A DNA stretch of 37,758 bases from Octopus bimaculoides. Its lineage: Eukaryota. The stretch is from the NCBI RefSeq assembly GCF_001194135.2, contig NC_068982.1:11899991-11937748 (forward strand), in the 5' to 3' direction. The notes beneath the pieces are model-generated. The model ran no database searches and had not been told where the DNA came from. It saw only the letters and a list, made by a program, of their open reading frames with translations. Positions 1 to 11,884 of the stretch are shown here, in pieces. Positions within the stretch are counted from its first letter, which is position 1; each line of letters opens with the position of its first letter. The position numbers and the translations under genes were made by a program.

Positions 1-20
1 TATATATATATATATATATA

Positions 21-184
21 CGATGGGCTTCTTTCAGTTTCCATCTATCAAATCCACTCACAAGGCTTTGGTCAGCCCAAGGCTATAGTAGAAGACACTT
101 GCCCAAGGTGTCATGCAGTGGGACTGAACCTGGAACCATGTGGTTGGTAAGCAAGCTACTTACCACACAGCCACTCCTGCGCCT
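21..184 (-). mobile_element. tRNA-derived SINE, family A (CORE-like domain), 5' part; (TA)n tail at window start
   Basis: Minus strand reads AGGCGCAGGAGTGGCTGTGTGGTAAG...GGTTCAGTCCC (A/B-box-like) then CCTTGGGCAAGTGTCTT (MIR/CORE-like). Near-identical copies recur at 13099, 25022, 31033 and 35018. Confidence 0.85.
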
Positions 185-1269
185 ATGTGTGTGTGTGTGT
201 GTGTTGATACCTTGATATCATGTATTAGTTGTAAGAATGTTCAGCCATGGAGAAATATTAGAAAAAAATGAGGTTGTTGACAGTAAGGTCCTCTGGTTGT
301 GGAAAACCTACCTCAAAAGTTTTCCAACTGATCTCTGCAAGCATAGAAAAATGGGGATGAAAGTAATGATGGTGAAGATGTTTATTGGAAAAGGGATGAA
401 ATAGAATGACAGGAAACTTCTGAACAAAAAAATGTGAGATAGATCATAGGGAGAGAACTTTGCTAAGAGGTTCTTGTAACAGACGCAGTCAGAGGCAGTA
501 CTAACATCAAGGCCAATATTATTTTCTACAAAGTTCTCAAGTGTGGGTGACTGGTGCAGGGTGAGGGAATGTAAGTCTTCTTATATATTTAGTTCTGTAC
601 GGGTATCTATTACAAAAAGTACAAATGAAAATTGTTTTTTATGTGTTTCAATCACTTGTGGAAGTAAAGACAATAGATTAACAGAGTTAGAGAAATTGCT
701 TTTTGGGAAGTGAGGGTTTGAGCATTATTTGACATGGTTCCATAAATTGGGGATAGATCCCCATAAGGAAAGAAATATTGGTGAGTTTAGTGAAAAATAG
801 GAGCTGGTTTGGGAGGAAAGTAGCTGAGGGTAATGGAGAGAAAATGTTTTCACTTGAGGATCATATGAAAACAGAAATGAAGTAAATGGGATCAAGAAGG
901 TGATATTAACAGAGGTTTTGATGTGTGTGCAGTGGGGAGGCATCAAATGAGGTAGCTTTGTCTGTAGAAGTACAATATACTTAACCATCTCTGTCTTGGT
1001 CGTTGATTACTGAATTGATGGACTGAAGTTTGTAAAGGTGCACAATTGCAGACAAAAAGGACTCATCTGTGGTTGTCTAAGAATGGATAAAATATTAATA
1101 TTCTGTAGAACATTTATAATGAGTTTACAGTTTAAAAATTAGTTAAAACTCTCCTTCAAAATACAAATTTTCAAATAGCTTTAAATTTAAAATTGAACTT
1201 ATTTCTAAAGTATTTCAACAATCAGAATTTTTTTTAAAAAACTGTATTTTCTGTTGCAGTTCCTTTTGG

Positions 1270-1900
1270 TACATTGAAAATTGAAATTATAACATGGGAT
1301 GCAGTATTGATGACAGATCTCAAAATGCTGAGCCTTATGAAGGAAATAACAGAGGACCAAGGTTTGTGGCACATTGTTTTACTTAAGAAACCTGCCCACC
1401 ACAATAGAATTGGTATTCTAAAACTAAGGTGCGATGTAAATAAAAAAAACCCATTGGTGTGGTTCCTGGTGCCATATAAAAAGCACTGGTGCTGGTGTCA
1501 CATAAAAAAAAAACACTCAGGTCGATGAAATTGACTTGCATCCACCTCTAAAAATGCTGGCCTTGAGCCAAAATTTGAAACCAATATTTCAGGGAAAACA
1601 TTGATGGTTGGAGGTTTTATACTATTTCTTATACTTATGAGAGCCATGCATTGGTTCGTTCTTTCTTTTTTATGTAAAAATCACATGTGCTGTGCCACAT
1701 AAAAAGCACTTGTGCTGGTGCCATGTAAAAAGCACCTAGTACACTCTGTAAAGTGGTTGGTGTTAGGAAGGGCATCCATCTGTAGAAGATTTGCCAAAGC
1801 AGGCAATGGAGTCCAGTGCAGCTCTCTAGCTTGTCACCTCTGGTCACACCATCTAACCCATGCCAGCATGGAAAATGGATGTCAGACAATGATGATAATG
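1270..1900 (+). mobile_element. 5'-truncated RTE LINE 3' end (ORF C-terminus plus interrupted 3' UTR, (GAT)n tail)
   Basis: Frame at 1274 gives TWDAVLMTDLKMLSLMKEITEDQGLWHIVLLKK, which matches the RTE C-terminal pattern seen at 21470-21636. It is followed by AAAAAGCAC units and the AGGAAGGGCATCC...CCCATGCCAGCATGG tail shared with the other copies. Confidence 0.7.
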
Positions 1901-2835
1901 ATAACGATGATGTATTTAATAATGAAAAATGCTGAGGTAAAATACATATTAATGTTAGTAATATAGAAATGAATAGTTAAGTGTAATCTTTTGAAAGTTT
2001 AATGTAATAGATTACGTACAGGTCTTAGCAATCAGATTAGTGATTTAAAATTTTAACAGTAGACAATTGAAACAACCAATATTTCAAAAGCCTGTAAGTG
2101 TATATCTTATTTCAGCAACCTCAGCAGTTTTCGCATAAAATTTTATTGTCATCTGAAAACTAATGTATTTCTGATGCTTTTATTTAGGATTTTTTACCAT
2201 TCCATTAAACCTTCTGTGGTCATATTACTAATAACAATTTACTTCCTAAGCATTTCAATTAATCTTTCAAATAATCAAGAATTTGGTTTGATTTAGTAAA
2301 ATACTTAACTATCTCATTATTTTGTTGTTTTGAACATATCTTAAGTAATTATGTAAAAAAAAACCCCAAAGATTTAAATTTGAATATCAATCAACACTTT
2401 AAAATATCATAGAATGAGAGGCAGCCTCAAGTAGGTTTGTGTAAAACAAAAATCAAAGAAAAAAGTAAATATATATTTTGAATATTTGTTAGTTCAAAGA
2501 TGGAGTATTATAAGTAATAGTTGATGGAATCATAAAATGTTATAAATAACATTTTTTGTCAATTACTATTTTAATGTTATCAATTACTAATTTTATGGTG
2601 TTATTAAATATTTCGTTTTGTTGAAATTAATTTAGTTCTCACTTTGATATTATTTCAGTAGTTCCTGAAAGTACCTAATTTTTAAATCGTTCAAAGTAAA
2701 CACGAAGTTATATTTCAGCTTATGTCTTTAAATTCTAAAAACTATGTAAATTACTGCAATCATGAAACAAATCATTATGCTTTTTTTTTGGTTTTTTTTT
2801 GCTCCTTCTGTTACTTCTCCTTGTTGACCTCCTAA

Positions 2836-2850
2836 TCATCATCATCATCA

Positions 2851-2888
<38 letters not shown>
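2836..2888. repeat. (CAT)n/(CGT)n compound trinucleotide microsatellite
   Basis: Read directly from the sequence. Confidence 0.95.
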
Positions 2889-2889
<1 letters not shown>

Positions 2890-4476
2890 ACTGCAGAAGT
2901 ATCATCAACAAAAACTTTTCTCATTTATGTTAGATAAAATGCATTAAAATCAATGCCAACTTGTGGAACCAGAATAACAATTATGACAATAATTATAATA
3001 TTTATGATTTTTTTTCTCTTAAACAATAATTATAATATTAATGCCAAGTTGCTTAGCATAATGATTCTCCTATAAAACTGAACATTGATATTTTCTCATA
3101 AATATAAATAAGTTACATAAAGTACATTAAAAAAATGATATTGACTTAGATTTCCTTTATTAAATATCAATTTAAAACAAAAATTAACACATTAAGTGTA
3201 CATAAATGCAATTGAATTTCATACAAATTTTAAGTGGCAAAATTACTGCTTTTACATCAATTTGAATCATGTGAAGTTATTAAAATTATAATTGTTTTTC
3301 ATTCATTAACTGCCCGGAATATACAGAAAGAAATAATTAGAGGTTTGGATTAGCTTGAAGAGATTGCTATTTTCCTTAAATGCTAATGAGATATATGATA
3401 ACTAGAAAATGTAATCAGAATATTTAGAAGTGAACAATAATACCATGAATAAAAGCCAGAAGATATTTCTTAATCTGATGAGATTAGAGAGAGAAGAGAT
3501 TGGAAGTGAATAGTATCAGCATTCTCTTCCTCATCAGAATTGGTTTAACATCTTGTGCTGACATAAGTTGGTTCCTAAAACACCTTTTCTGCATATTAGA
3601 AAGGTATTTCCAAAATTCATGTCTTTCCAATATTTATCAAAGTCTATTGGTTAGTTGTCTTCAACTTAGCAACCTCCCATAATAATTAATTCCTGTTTGC
3701 ATGGATCCTGTTAGGGAAGGTTTACTCTATCTACCTTATTAGCTAATTGAATCATGTCTTAAATAATTTATGTGAATAGCTGATAGAATTCTAGGATATG
3801 ACCTTTGTTGAGGTCAATGTTGTCTGACAGCCTCTTATGGACATACATCTTTCTCCTTTTATCTGTGGATTATAGAAGCCAAACCAGACACCTTAAATTT
3901 GGTCTCATATGGCAGTCATTTCCCCATTGCAATTGATGTGGTGATTTTTTTTTTTTGTACATTTTCTGCAATAATCTGATCTCATTGAAATGTCTGGAAA
4001 TGAAGACATCATATTTGAGATGTAGCTACACGTTAGTCAAGAAGAGTCTTGGGAAAAGGTTTTTCTTCAGTTCCATTAATAGTGTAGATTTTTTTCTTTC
4101 TACTGGACACAGTGTTATGTGGAACATCAGTGACTCATCAATGAACTCACCTGGACCCTGCTCTTCATTAGTGACTTCATTAGTAACTCAACACTTTATT
4201 AAATAAGAATAGTTTGCATTGTTTAAATATAAACACAATTATTTTTCACAATCAAAGTGAATTAAATTCAATTTCCAGTTTATTTAAATTTTATATCATT
4301 TTGCTGAACTCATTGTTTTCCAGTGTTCGATATCGTAAAATCATTAACAAAAAGCTTTCACATACTTTCAGTTAATAATTTCATGTCATTTCTGAAAATA
4401 AGAAACAAAATTGGGCCAAACAAAGAATACCACAACTATCATCCATCAATACAATTCAAAAAACAAAATTACCCCC

Positions 4477-4585
4477 NNNNNNNNNNNNNNNNNNNNNNNN
4501 NNNNNNNNNNNNNNNNNNNNNNNNNNNNNNNNNNNNNNNNNNNNNNNNNNNNNNNNNNNNNNNNNNNNNNNNNNNNNNNNNNNNN
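4477..4585. other. assembly gap (N)
   Basis: Run of N. Confidence 1.
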
Positions 4586-4595
4586 CCCAAAAAAA

Positions 4596-4914
4596 AACTG
4601 GCACTCTGTTGGTTATGACAGTGTTCTGGTTGATCTGATCAATGGAACAGCCTCTGCTTGGGAAATTAATGTGCGAGGAATTGACTGTTCCACAAACACA
4701 TGTATCCTTAAACGGAGTTCTCAGGGAGATCCAGTGTGACGTGGATTGTGACAGAGCTGACCCTTTGAAATACAGGACAACACATTTTTGTCAGCTGAAT
4801 GGACTGGAACAACGTGAAATGGAGTGTCTTGCTGAAGGATACAATGCACCATTGAGTATTGAACTCACGGCCTTATGATCATGAGCTGAATACCTCAACC
4901 ATTCAGCCACATGG
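4596..4914 (-). mobile_element. tRNA-derived SINE, family E
   Basis: Minus-strand head GCCATGTGGCTGAATGGTTGAGG...GTGAGTTCAATAC followed by TCCTTCAGCAAGACAC (CORE-like). Related to 9090-9225 and 33443-33752. Confidence 0.65.
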
Positions 4915-5420
4915 CTTTCAGTGGAATTACTGACCTGCTAATTAACAGATTTGATAGATATTTGAAATGCATTTTTAATATGAAAAAGGATATTTTATGA
5001 ACCAACTTATGTTGGTACAGGAAATTAAAGAAATTGCACATCTTGGGCTCAAAGAATTTTCAAAAGTCTTTTCTTAGAAACAAAATAAAAGACACGTTTA
5101 GAATATACACCAAATGCAGTCCTGGGTTCTAAAGAAGAAAGGAACTTTTAGCATGCTGTTTTCATGTGGTACAGAATAATGTAATCTTCATTCAACAAAC
5201 AGAATATTAGTAGCACTATGGCTAACAATGATATTTCTGATGATAGACTCTGATACTTTCACAAGGCAGGCATCAACCTGATTCAGTTAATGGTTTCATT
5301 GAAGACTTAAACCTCTTTTTGTTCAATGCATTAACACAGAAGTCTTTCTTTTGAGCACATCAAGTTTATTTTGGTTGAGTTACATATTCTAAATATTCAG
5401 CAAGCTCTTTCTAATTTTTG

Positions 5421-5480
5421 TTGAGCTAATCTTATTTTAATTTAGCTAATCATATTCCAATTTAGCTAATCTTATTTTGA
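5421..5480. repeat. 20-bp tandem repeat x3 (TTTAGCTAATCTTATTTTAA)
   Basis: Units start at 5421, 5441 and 5461. Confidence 0.85.
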
Positions 5481-5564
5481 AGTCAAGAAAACCTGTTTCC
5501 TATTGTTTTACATTCTTTTTTTTATTGTTGATAAAATTAGGGACTCAGCAACAACTTTGATGTA

Positions 5565-5998
5565 ATATTCTTTTCTACTCTAGGCCCGAAATTCTGGGGG
5601 AGAGGATCAGTTGATTAGATCAACCCCAGTACGCGATTGGTACTTAATTTATCGACCCTGAAAAAATGAAAGGCAAAGTTGACCTTGGTAGAATTTGAAC
5701 TCAGAACAGAGGAAATGCCACTAAGCATTTCGCCTGGCGTGCTAACGTCTCTTATTTCTTTATTGCCCACAAGGGGCTAAACATAGAGGGGACAAACAAG
5801 GACAGACAAAGTGATTAAGTCGATTACATCTACCCCAGTGCGTAACTGGTACTTAATTTATCGACCCTGAAAGGATGAAAGGCAGAATTTGAACTCAGAA
5901 TGTAACGGCAGACGAAATACCGCTAAGCTCCTCGCCCGGCTTACTAACGTTTCTGCCAGCTCAACGCCTTCTAACGTTTCTGCCAGTTTACTGCCTTC
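5565..5998 (-). mobile_element. two abutting or nested copies of tRNA-derived SINE family C
   Basis: Two CCCCAGTACGC...ATCGACCC...GAAAGGCA...TTTGAACTCAGAA bodies with different tails. A 27-bp head segment is duplicated at 5945-5971 and 5972-5998. Confidence 0.85.
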
Positions 5999-6729
5999 TC
6001 TGATGTAATATTTGTGCAGAAAAGAAAAATTCATACACAAGAACGATTCCCAGTAAAGCCTTGGAAGCATTTTGGATTGATTTCATGATAAATTCTTCAT
6101 ATTCAGTCATAACATCTATAAACAAATACAAGATCAATGTCCTTCTACCTGCTCACATGTACTTTAGTAAAATTTTCTTCACCTGTTTGTTACTTGCTAA
6201 ATATTAAAGGAATGTCAAGGTAATTGTTGGAAGATAAAAATATCAATTCAGAAATTCCATTGGCAAACTTTGTTTAAAGAGAGAAACTGATATCAAATTC
6301 ATGTGTGAATCTGCTTTACAATTAAAAAATAAAATTTGCTACCGATCTTTTGAATTTCCAGATGAATAACTTGCTTTTATTGTTTTTTCAATGGAATATA
6401 TTATATAAAAATCATTGTTCAGTCACCTCTTAATGACTGTATTCCTTTAGGAATTCATTCAGCTGAGGAAATTTTGTGTAGTCAAACATCTATACGAGCC
6501 GTCTCCACTATCACTCTGCTTTATTAAAAAAATACAATTTGGAGGTCATTTGTTACTATTAATAGTGGCTCAGTGGCATATTTTGAACATGTGACAAAAA
6601 GCAGATGTATGATTGCATGGTACTAAAGTCTGTTTCACAACCATGCAGTTTCAGGTTCCATCCTACTGTGTGGCACCTACAATAACTGTCTTCACTATAG
6701 ATTGGGCTGGCCAACCCTTGTGAGTGAAA

Positions 6730-7121
6730 CCATGACTGGCTCCTATGCCAGTGGTATGTAAAAAGCACCATCCGAACGTGGTCAGTGCCAGGTCCGCCTG
6801 ACTGGCTCCTGTGCCGGTTGCATGTAAAAAGCACCATCCAAATGTGGCCGATGCCAGTACCCACAGACTGGCTCCTGTGCCAGTGGCACGTAAAAAGCAC
6901 CATCTAAACATGATCGATGCTAGGCCCACTTGACTAACTCCTGTGCCGGTGGCACGTAAAAAGCACCTACTGCACTCTTGAAGTGGTTGGCATTAGGAAG
7001 GGCATCCAGCTGTGGAAACACTGATAGATCAGATTGGAGCCTGGTGCAGCCACTGGCATTCCAGACCTCAGTCAGACCGTCCAACCCATGCCAGCATGGA
7101 AAATGGGCGTTAAATGATGAT
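6730..7121 (+). mobile_element. RTE LINE 3' UTR fragment with ~66-bp internal tandem (about 3.5 units) and (GAT)n tail
   Basis: GACTGGCTCC units at 6734, 6800, 6866 and 6932. The tail is identical in type to the one attached to RTE coding sequence at 14267-15347. Confidence 0.8.
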
Positions 7122-7704
7122 TATATAGCAGGAATGGCCTACACATAATCTCTTCTAGATTCTCATTAAAGTGGTAATGAATAACACATATAGAAAAAGA
7201 AGATAGAATACTAAAAATAGACAACCAATCACATTGCAGCTTTGTAGTTGAGTGTGTTTATGATTCACTGTTAATGATATCCTACCTAGATGTTTGATTT
7301 TGTTTTTAGTTGGAAAAAGAAAATGGATTTTTTGCCTTGAAACAAGCATTTGGTGAACCCAGCACTTTGTCTGGTAAATGAGTAAAGCCCAGACTCTTTA
7401 TAATTTAAGAAATTATTGACGACATTTATTTTTTGGATGAAGAGTTTACCCTTATGCAGAGAATGAGAGTGATTCGGAAAATAAAACTGGTGAAAGTGAT
7501 GAGAAAAGTAGCAAATCAGATAAACAAATTGAGAGAGAAGCCTATTATTGTTATTGTCCTGCAGTTTTTTGTGATTCTGTCCTTTAATTTGCTTGCATCC
7601 ATTTCTCATGAGCTGTGAATACGACTATTAATTTATTTTTTCGCTCAAGAGTCCAGATGGAAAGTAAAATTAGACAAAGGGGCCCAGGTGTATGAAGATT
7701 AGCA

Positions 7705-8105
7705 AGGCAATGAGCTGGCAGAAACGTTAGCACACTGGGCAAAATACTTAGCGGTATTTTGTCTGTCTTTACATTCTGAGTTCAAATTCTGCAGAGGTTA
7801 ACTTTGCCTTTCATCCTTTTGGGGTCAATAAATTAAGTAGCAGTGAAACACTGGGGTTGATGTAATTAAGTAGCCACCTCTCTCAAAATTTCAGGCCCTG
7901 TGGCTAGAGTAAAAAAGAATATTAAGATTAGCAAGATTGCTAAAGAATTGGGTAAAATGTCTTCCAGCATTTGGTCTGGCTCTTTACATTCTGATTTTAA
8001 ATTCCTGTGAAGTCATCTTAGCCTTTCATACATTTGGGGTTAATTAAATAAAATGCTTGTCAAATATTAGGGTCCATGTAATCAACTAACACTCTCCCCC
8101 AAATT
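7705..8105 (+). mobile_element. SINE family C doublet (second copy diverged)
   Basis: GAGCTGGCAGAAACGTTAGCAC...GAGTTCAAATTC...TTTGCCTTTCATCCTTTTGGGGTC, followed by a second degenerate copy. Confidence 0.75.
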
Positions 8106-9089
8106 TGTGGAGTTGTGCTTTTAAAAATAATAATAATTGTTATTATTTTTTTCAAAATATGCAAGAAGCATATTTTGCTTCTGAGAGAAGGTTTAATGAA
8201 TGTTATAAATTTTGCGTTGTATCCTGGGAAAGGGGCCTTAACCTATTTTTTCATCCCTTCTAATTGGAGAGTAGTTCCTTTATATGGTGTATGCTACAAA
8301 GGATATCCATATACAAAAACACCTATTATTTCTAAAATAGAAGGCAAACACTTTTTTCTCTTGCCATTTAATACTAACTTTGTTTTTATATTTATATCTC
8401 TTAATTACATTTCCATTTTAGTGTCTTATTTTGCATTACAGGCATTAGATACACAAAAATATATAAATACACAAAATATTTAAAAATCATTTATTTTATC
8501 AGTAAACATATAACTTCTAGATGAAAGTAAATAATTCAATATTTTCATGCATTATTTTGTTTGTAGTATCTATAAAATTTTGATTCTCTATTAATAGAAG
8601 CTTTCTCAAACATTAAATTTAGTCTATTTGAGATGTAACGGCTTTCTTTATTTTTTGTTTTTTTCGAAAATGTTTAGGCTCATTTTATTTTCTTTTTATC
8701 AGGCCTAACAGCTCTGCACTCAATTCATTTGTTGTGGGAAAGAATAAAGGATCATGTTGGATCTTTTAAATTAAAGAAATGGAAATTATATTGTCATTTT
8801 TATTATGGTAAATACCTTTAAAAGTTTATTAATGATTCAGTAATCAAAAATAAACTTCCATGTGAATGCAACACTTTTTATATTTCACAGCAAAAAGGAT
8901 CAAGTCATAAATATTGATTTTTAATGATCATAATAATTTCTTGTGCAGAAGCACAAGATTAATATTATTTGTGTAAAGCTCCTTCCCGAGTCATATACAC
9001 TCATAAAGATGGTTTTCCAGTTTTTGTGGTGTATACATTTTCCCCTGGATGGGATGCTAGTCTGTTGTAGGGTAGCTCTCTTTTGCTGG

Positions 9090-9225
9090 CTGAGTCAGCT
9101 GGTGCGACATGAAATGAAAGTGTTTTGCTCTCAAGAACACAATGCATTACTTGGTTCAGGAATTGAAACCACAATCTTACATTCATGAGACCAACACACC
9201 AACCACTAACCCACTTAGCGGTCAT
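9090..9225 (-). mobile_element. SINE family E, 5' fragment
   Basis: Minus strand GTGTTCTTGAGAGCAAAACACTT (CORE-like) follows a tRNA-like head with GGTTTCAATTCC. Confidence 0.55.
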
Positions 9226-9312
9226 GGATACTCTCACTCACAGTAGGCCTGGGGTTAAACAGCAAATTCAACTCCCACAACTTCTTGTGGGAGTTGCAGG
9301 TGTTCTTGTAAT

Positions 9313-9520
9313 TCATCATCATCATCATTATTTAACATCTGTTTTCCCATGCTGACATGAGTTGGATGGTTTGACAGGAACTGACCAGCCAGAGAGCTGC
9401 ACCAGGTGCCAATTGTCTGTTTTGGTATGGTATTCGACAGTTGGATGCCCTTCCTAATGCCAACCACTTTGCAGAGTGTACCGGGTGCATTTTACATTGC
9501 ATGTAACCAGTGGCACCATG
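9313..9520 (-). mobile_element. RTE LINE 3' UTR fragment
   Basis: Reverse complement of the AGGAAGGGCATCCA...CCCATG...(GAT)n tail. Confidence 0.8.
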
Positions 9521-9914
9521 AGCATCAGGTTGATCATCTTCATCGATTCATTTCTTCAGGCAATGTAGCATTAATGGCTGTACAGCAGAGGGATGTTTAT
9601 CCCTTTATCATCCCCGGAATACAAGCTGTGATCTTAAGACACATGTGATTGGTGGAAACGCATGCAGCAATGAATTAAATGTTGATAAATTCCATCCAAG
9701 AATTATTGTAATTATTATTATATTCAACCTACATTATATCGGTACAACCCCCAATTATATTTATCCTACATTATATCGATGCAACCCCCAAATCTGGTTC
9801 CGCCAGTATCAGTAATCTGTGGTTGGCATAATGGAATAGGAGCTGTATTTGCATATTCAAAACGTCTCCTATAAACAAATTTAAAATATATATATATATA
9901 TATATATTTATTAC

Positions 9915-10183
9915 TGGTGAAGGCCAGTTTATGGGGTTGCCCTGGGTTTCTCACCATAAAGGGTACCTTTATCTTCAGACCCTAAAACCTGTTGGCCTAT
10001 GACCGCTTTACAACATGGAGGGAGAAACAATATGGATGCAAAGAAGAGGATTGTCTCCCTTTGCTGCTGGCTATTGGCTTCCATATTTTAAAAAGGTTAT
10101 AGGCCAACAGGTCTGAAGATATGCCATAAAGGTATCCTTTATGGTGAAAAACTTAGGGCAGCCCTATAAACTGGCTTTCACCA
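9915..10183. mobile_element. fold-back (long inverted repeat) element with ~95-105-bp arms
   Basis: TGGTGAAGGCCAGTTTATGGGGTTGCCC...CCTGTTGGCCTAT at the left matches the reverse complement of the right arm (TGGTGAAAGCCAGTTTATAGGGCTGCCC...CCTGTTGGCCTAT). Confidence 0.85.
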
Positions 10184-10511
10184 TTAATGAATATAGACTG
10201 CTCTACTTCTTAGAGTGTACTTCTCTGAATTTATGTTTTTCTAAAAAATGATATTATATATGTATATATATCCTATTGTGTATACACACACACACACAAA
10301 TGCAAGCTAAATTGTTGTCTATAACTATATGCAAAACAGCCTCGTTTCAGGTGTGCAGTATTGAAAAGTCACAAAAATGATGAAACATTAATGTCTACTG
10401 TTCATGTAACTATGACTTCCTGGTGTTTTAACACCAAGCAAATTGATGAGATTATATTCCCTTTTGCCTATAAATCACAACCTATCTATGAACTGGCGAA
10501 ACACATACCTT

Positions 10512-10545
<34 letters not shown>

Positions 10546-10704
10546 AGAAGGTATCTTCTCAAAATATATCTCTTTAACTTGGTATCTCTACCTGTAAAAT
10601 GGCTGTGATATCTTGTTTTTTAGTGTAATTTTGCTACCTCTGGTAACTATTAACGTATTTAAATTATCGAAAGTTTTAATAACTGAGATAATATTAATAT
10701 ATAC

Positions 10705-11303
10705 ATATATGCTATGCTTAAGAAGACCTGGCAAGCCAAGTGAGGCCATAACTGTGGCCTATGCCAGTGCAGCATAACCAGCCCATTTAAGAATACCCTT
10801 CAATCATTGGGCAATAAACTGCTCTTGCGAAGACCTGTTGAGGAAAGTGAAATTGTTGTCATGGCCGATAACAGTACCACCTATGCCAGTGGCATGTAAA
10901 AAGCACCATTCGAGCATGGTTGATGCCAGTACTGCCTAACTGGCTCCCATGCTGGTGGCATGTAAAAAGCACCCACTACACTCTCAGAGTGATTGGCATT
11001 GGGAAGAGAATCCAGTTGTAGAAACTCTGCTAGATCAGATTGGAGCCTGGTGCCAGCCCTCAATCAAACCATCCAACGCATGCCAGCATTGGAAGTGGTC
11101 ATTAAATGACGACGATGATGATATATATATATATATGACTACACTCTCTGAGTGGTTGGCGTTAGGAAGGGCATCCAGCTGTAGAAACTCTGCCAAATCA
11201 GACTGGAGCCTGGTGTTGCCATCCGGTTTCACCAGTCCTCAGTCAAATCGTCCAACCCATGCTAGCATGGAAAGAGGACGTTAAACGATGATGATGATGA
11301 TGA
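10705..11303 (+). mobile_element. RTE LINE 3' end with duplicated tail
   Basis: Starts YAMLKKTWQAK* (RTE ORF end), then 3' UTR units and two successive AGGAAGGGCATCCAG...(GAT)n tails (to about 11120 and 11303). Confidence 0.8.
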
Positions 11304-11387
11304 TATATATATACGCATATATATATATATATATACATATATATATACATACACATATATATATATACATACACACACACACACACT

Positions 11388-11884
11388 NNNNNNNNNNNNN
11401 NNNNNNNNNNNNNNNNNNNNNNNNNNNNNNNNNNNNNNNNNNNNNNNNNNNNNNNNNNNNNNNNNNNNNNNNNNNNNNNNNNNNNNNNNNNNNNNNNNNN
11501 NNNNNNNNNNNNNNNNNNNNNNNNNNNNNNNNNNNNNNNNNNNNNNNNNNNNNNNNNNNNNNNNNNNNNNNNNNNNNNNNNNNNNNNNNNNNNNNNNNNN
11601 NNNNNNNNNNNNNNNNNNNNNNNNNNNNNNNNNNNNNNNNNNNNNNNNNNNNNNNNNNNNNNNNNNNNNNNNNNNNNNNNNNNNNNNNNNNNNNNNNNNN
11701 NNNNNNNNNNNNNNNNNNNNNNNNNNNNNNNNNNNNNNNNNNNNNNNNNNNNNNNNNNNNNNNNNNNNNNNNNNNNNNNNNNNNNNNNNNNNNNNNNNNN
11801 NNNNNNNNNNNNNNNNNNNNNNNNNNNNNNNNNNNNNNNNNNNNNNNNNNNNNNNNNNNNNNNNNNNNNNNNNNNNNNNNNNNN
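11388..11884. other. assembly gap (N) next to TA/CA microsatellite
   Basis: Run of N. Confidence 1.

Noticed and set aside
640-1080. Possible very old L2-like LINE remnant (ORF 725-988 minus)
   Set aside because: Only faint motif resemblance (SYDPQV). Not supportable by eye.
1274-1528. 84-aa ORF or host exon
   Set aside because: The translation matches the RTE LINE C-terminus and is followed by RTE 3' UTR. It is kept only as a low-interest exonisation hypothesis.
2830-2925. Minus-strand poly-Asp mini-ORF MRKVFVDDTSAVDDDD...
   Set aside because: Explained by the trinucleotide microsatellite.
3474-3539. CTGATGAG...CTCATCAG short inverted repeat with a stem after the core
   Set aside because: No GAAA follows stem II and there is no NUH or stem I, so it is not a hammerhead.
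7443-7586. Acidic, protein-like frame VYPYAENESDSENKTGESDEKSSKSDKQ
   Set aside because: Bounded by stops, weak splice signals, and no homology recognised. A purine-rich low-complexity stretch could explain it.
8703-8807. 105-nt phase-1/1 open segment with a good acceptor and GTAAAT donor (LTALHSIHLLWERIKDHVGSFKLKKWKLYCHFYY)
   Set aside because: No recognisable protein family and no supported neighbouring exons. Cannot be told from chance without RNA-seq.
9620-9668. CTTAAGA-CAC..GTG-GAAAC-GCATG hammerhead-like string
   Set aside because: G5 of the core is mutated and stem I is unconvincing. At most a decayed relic.
11215-11245. CTGAGGA-CTGGT-GAAAC on the minus strand of RTE tails
   Set aside because: Only 5 unpaired nucleotides lie between the core halves, so no stem II forms.
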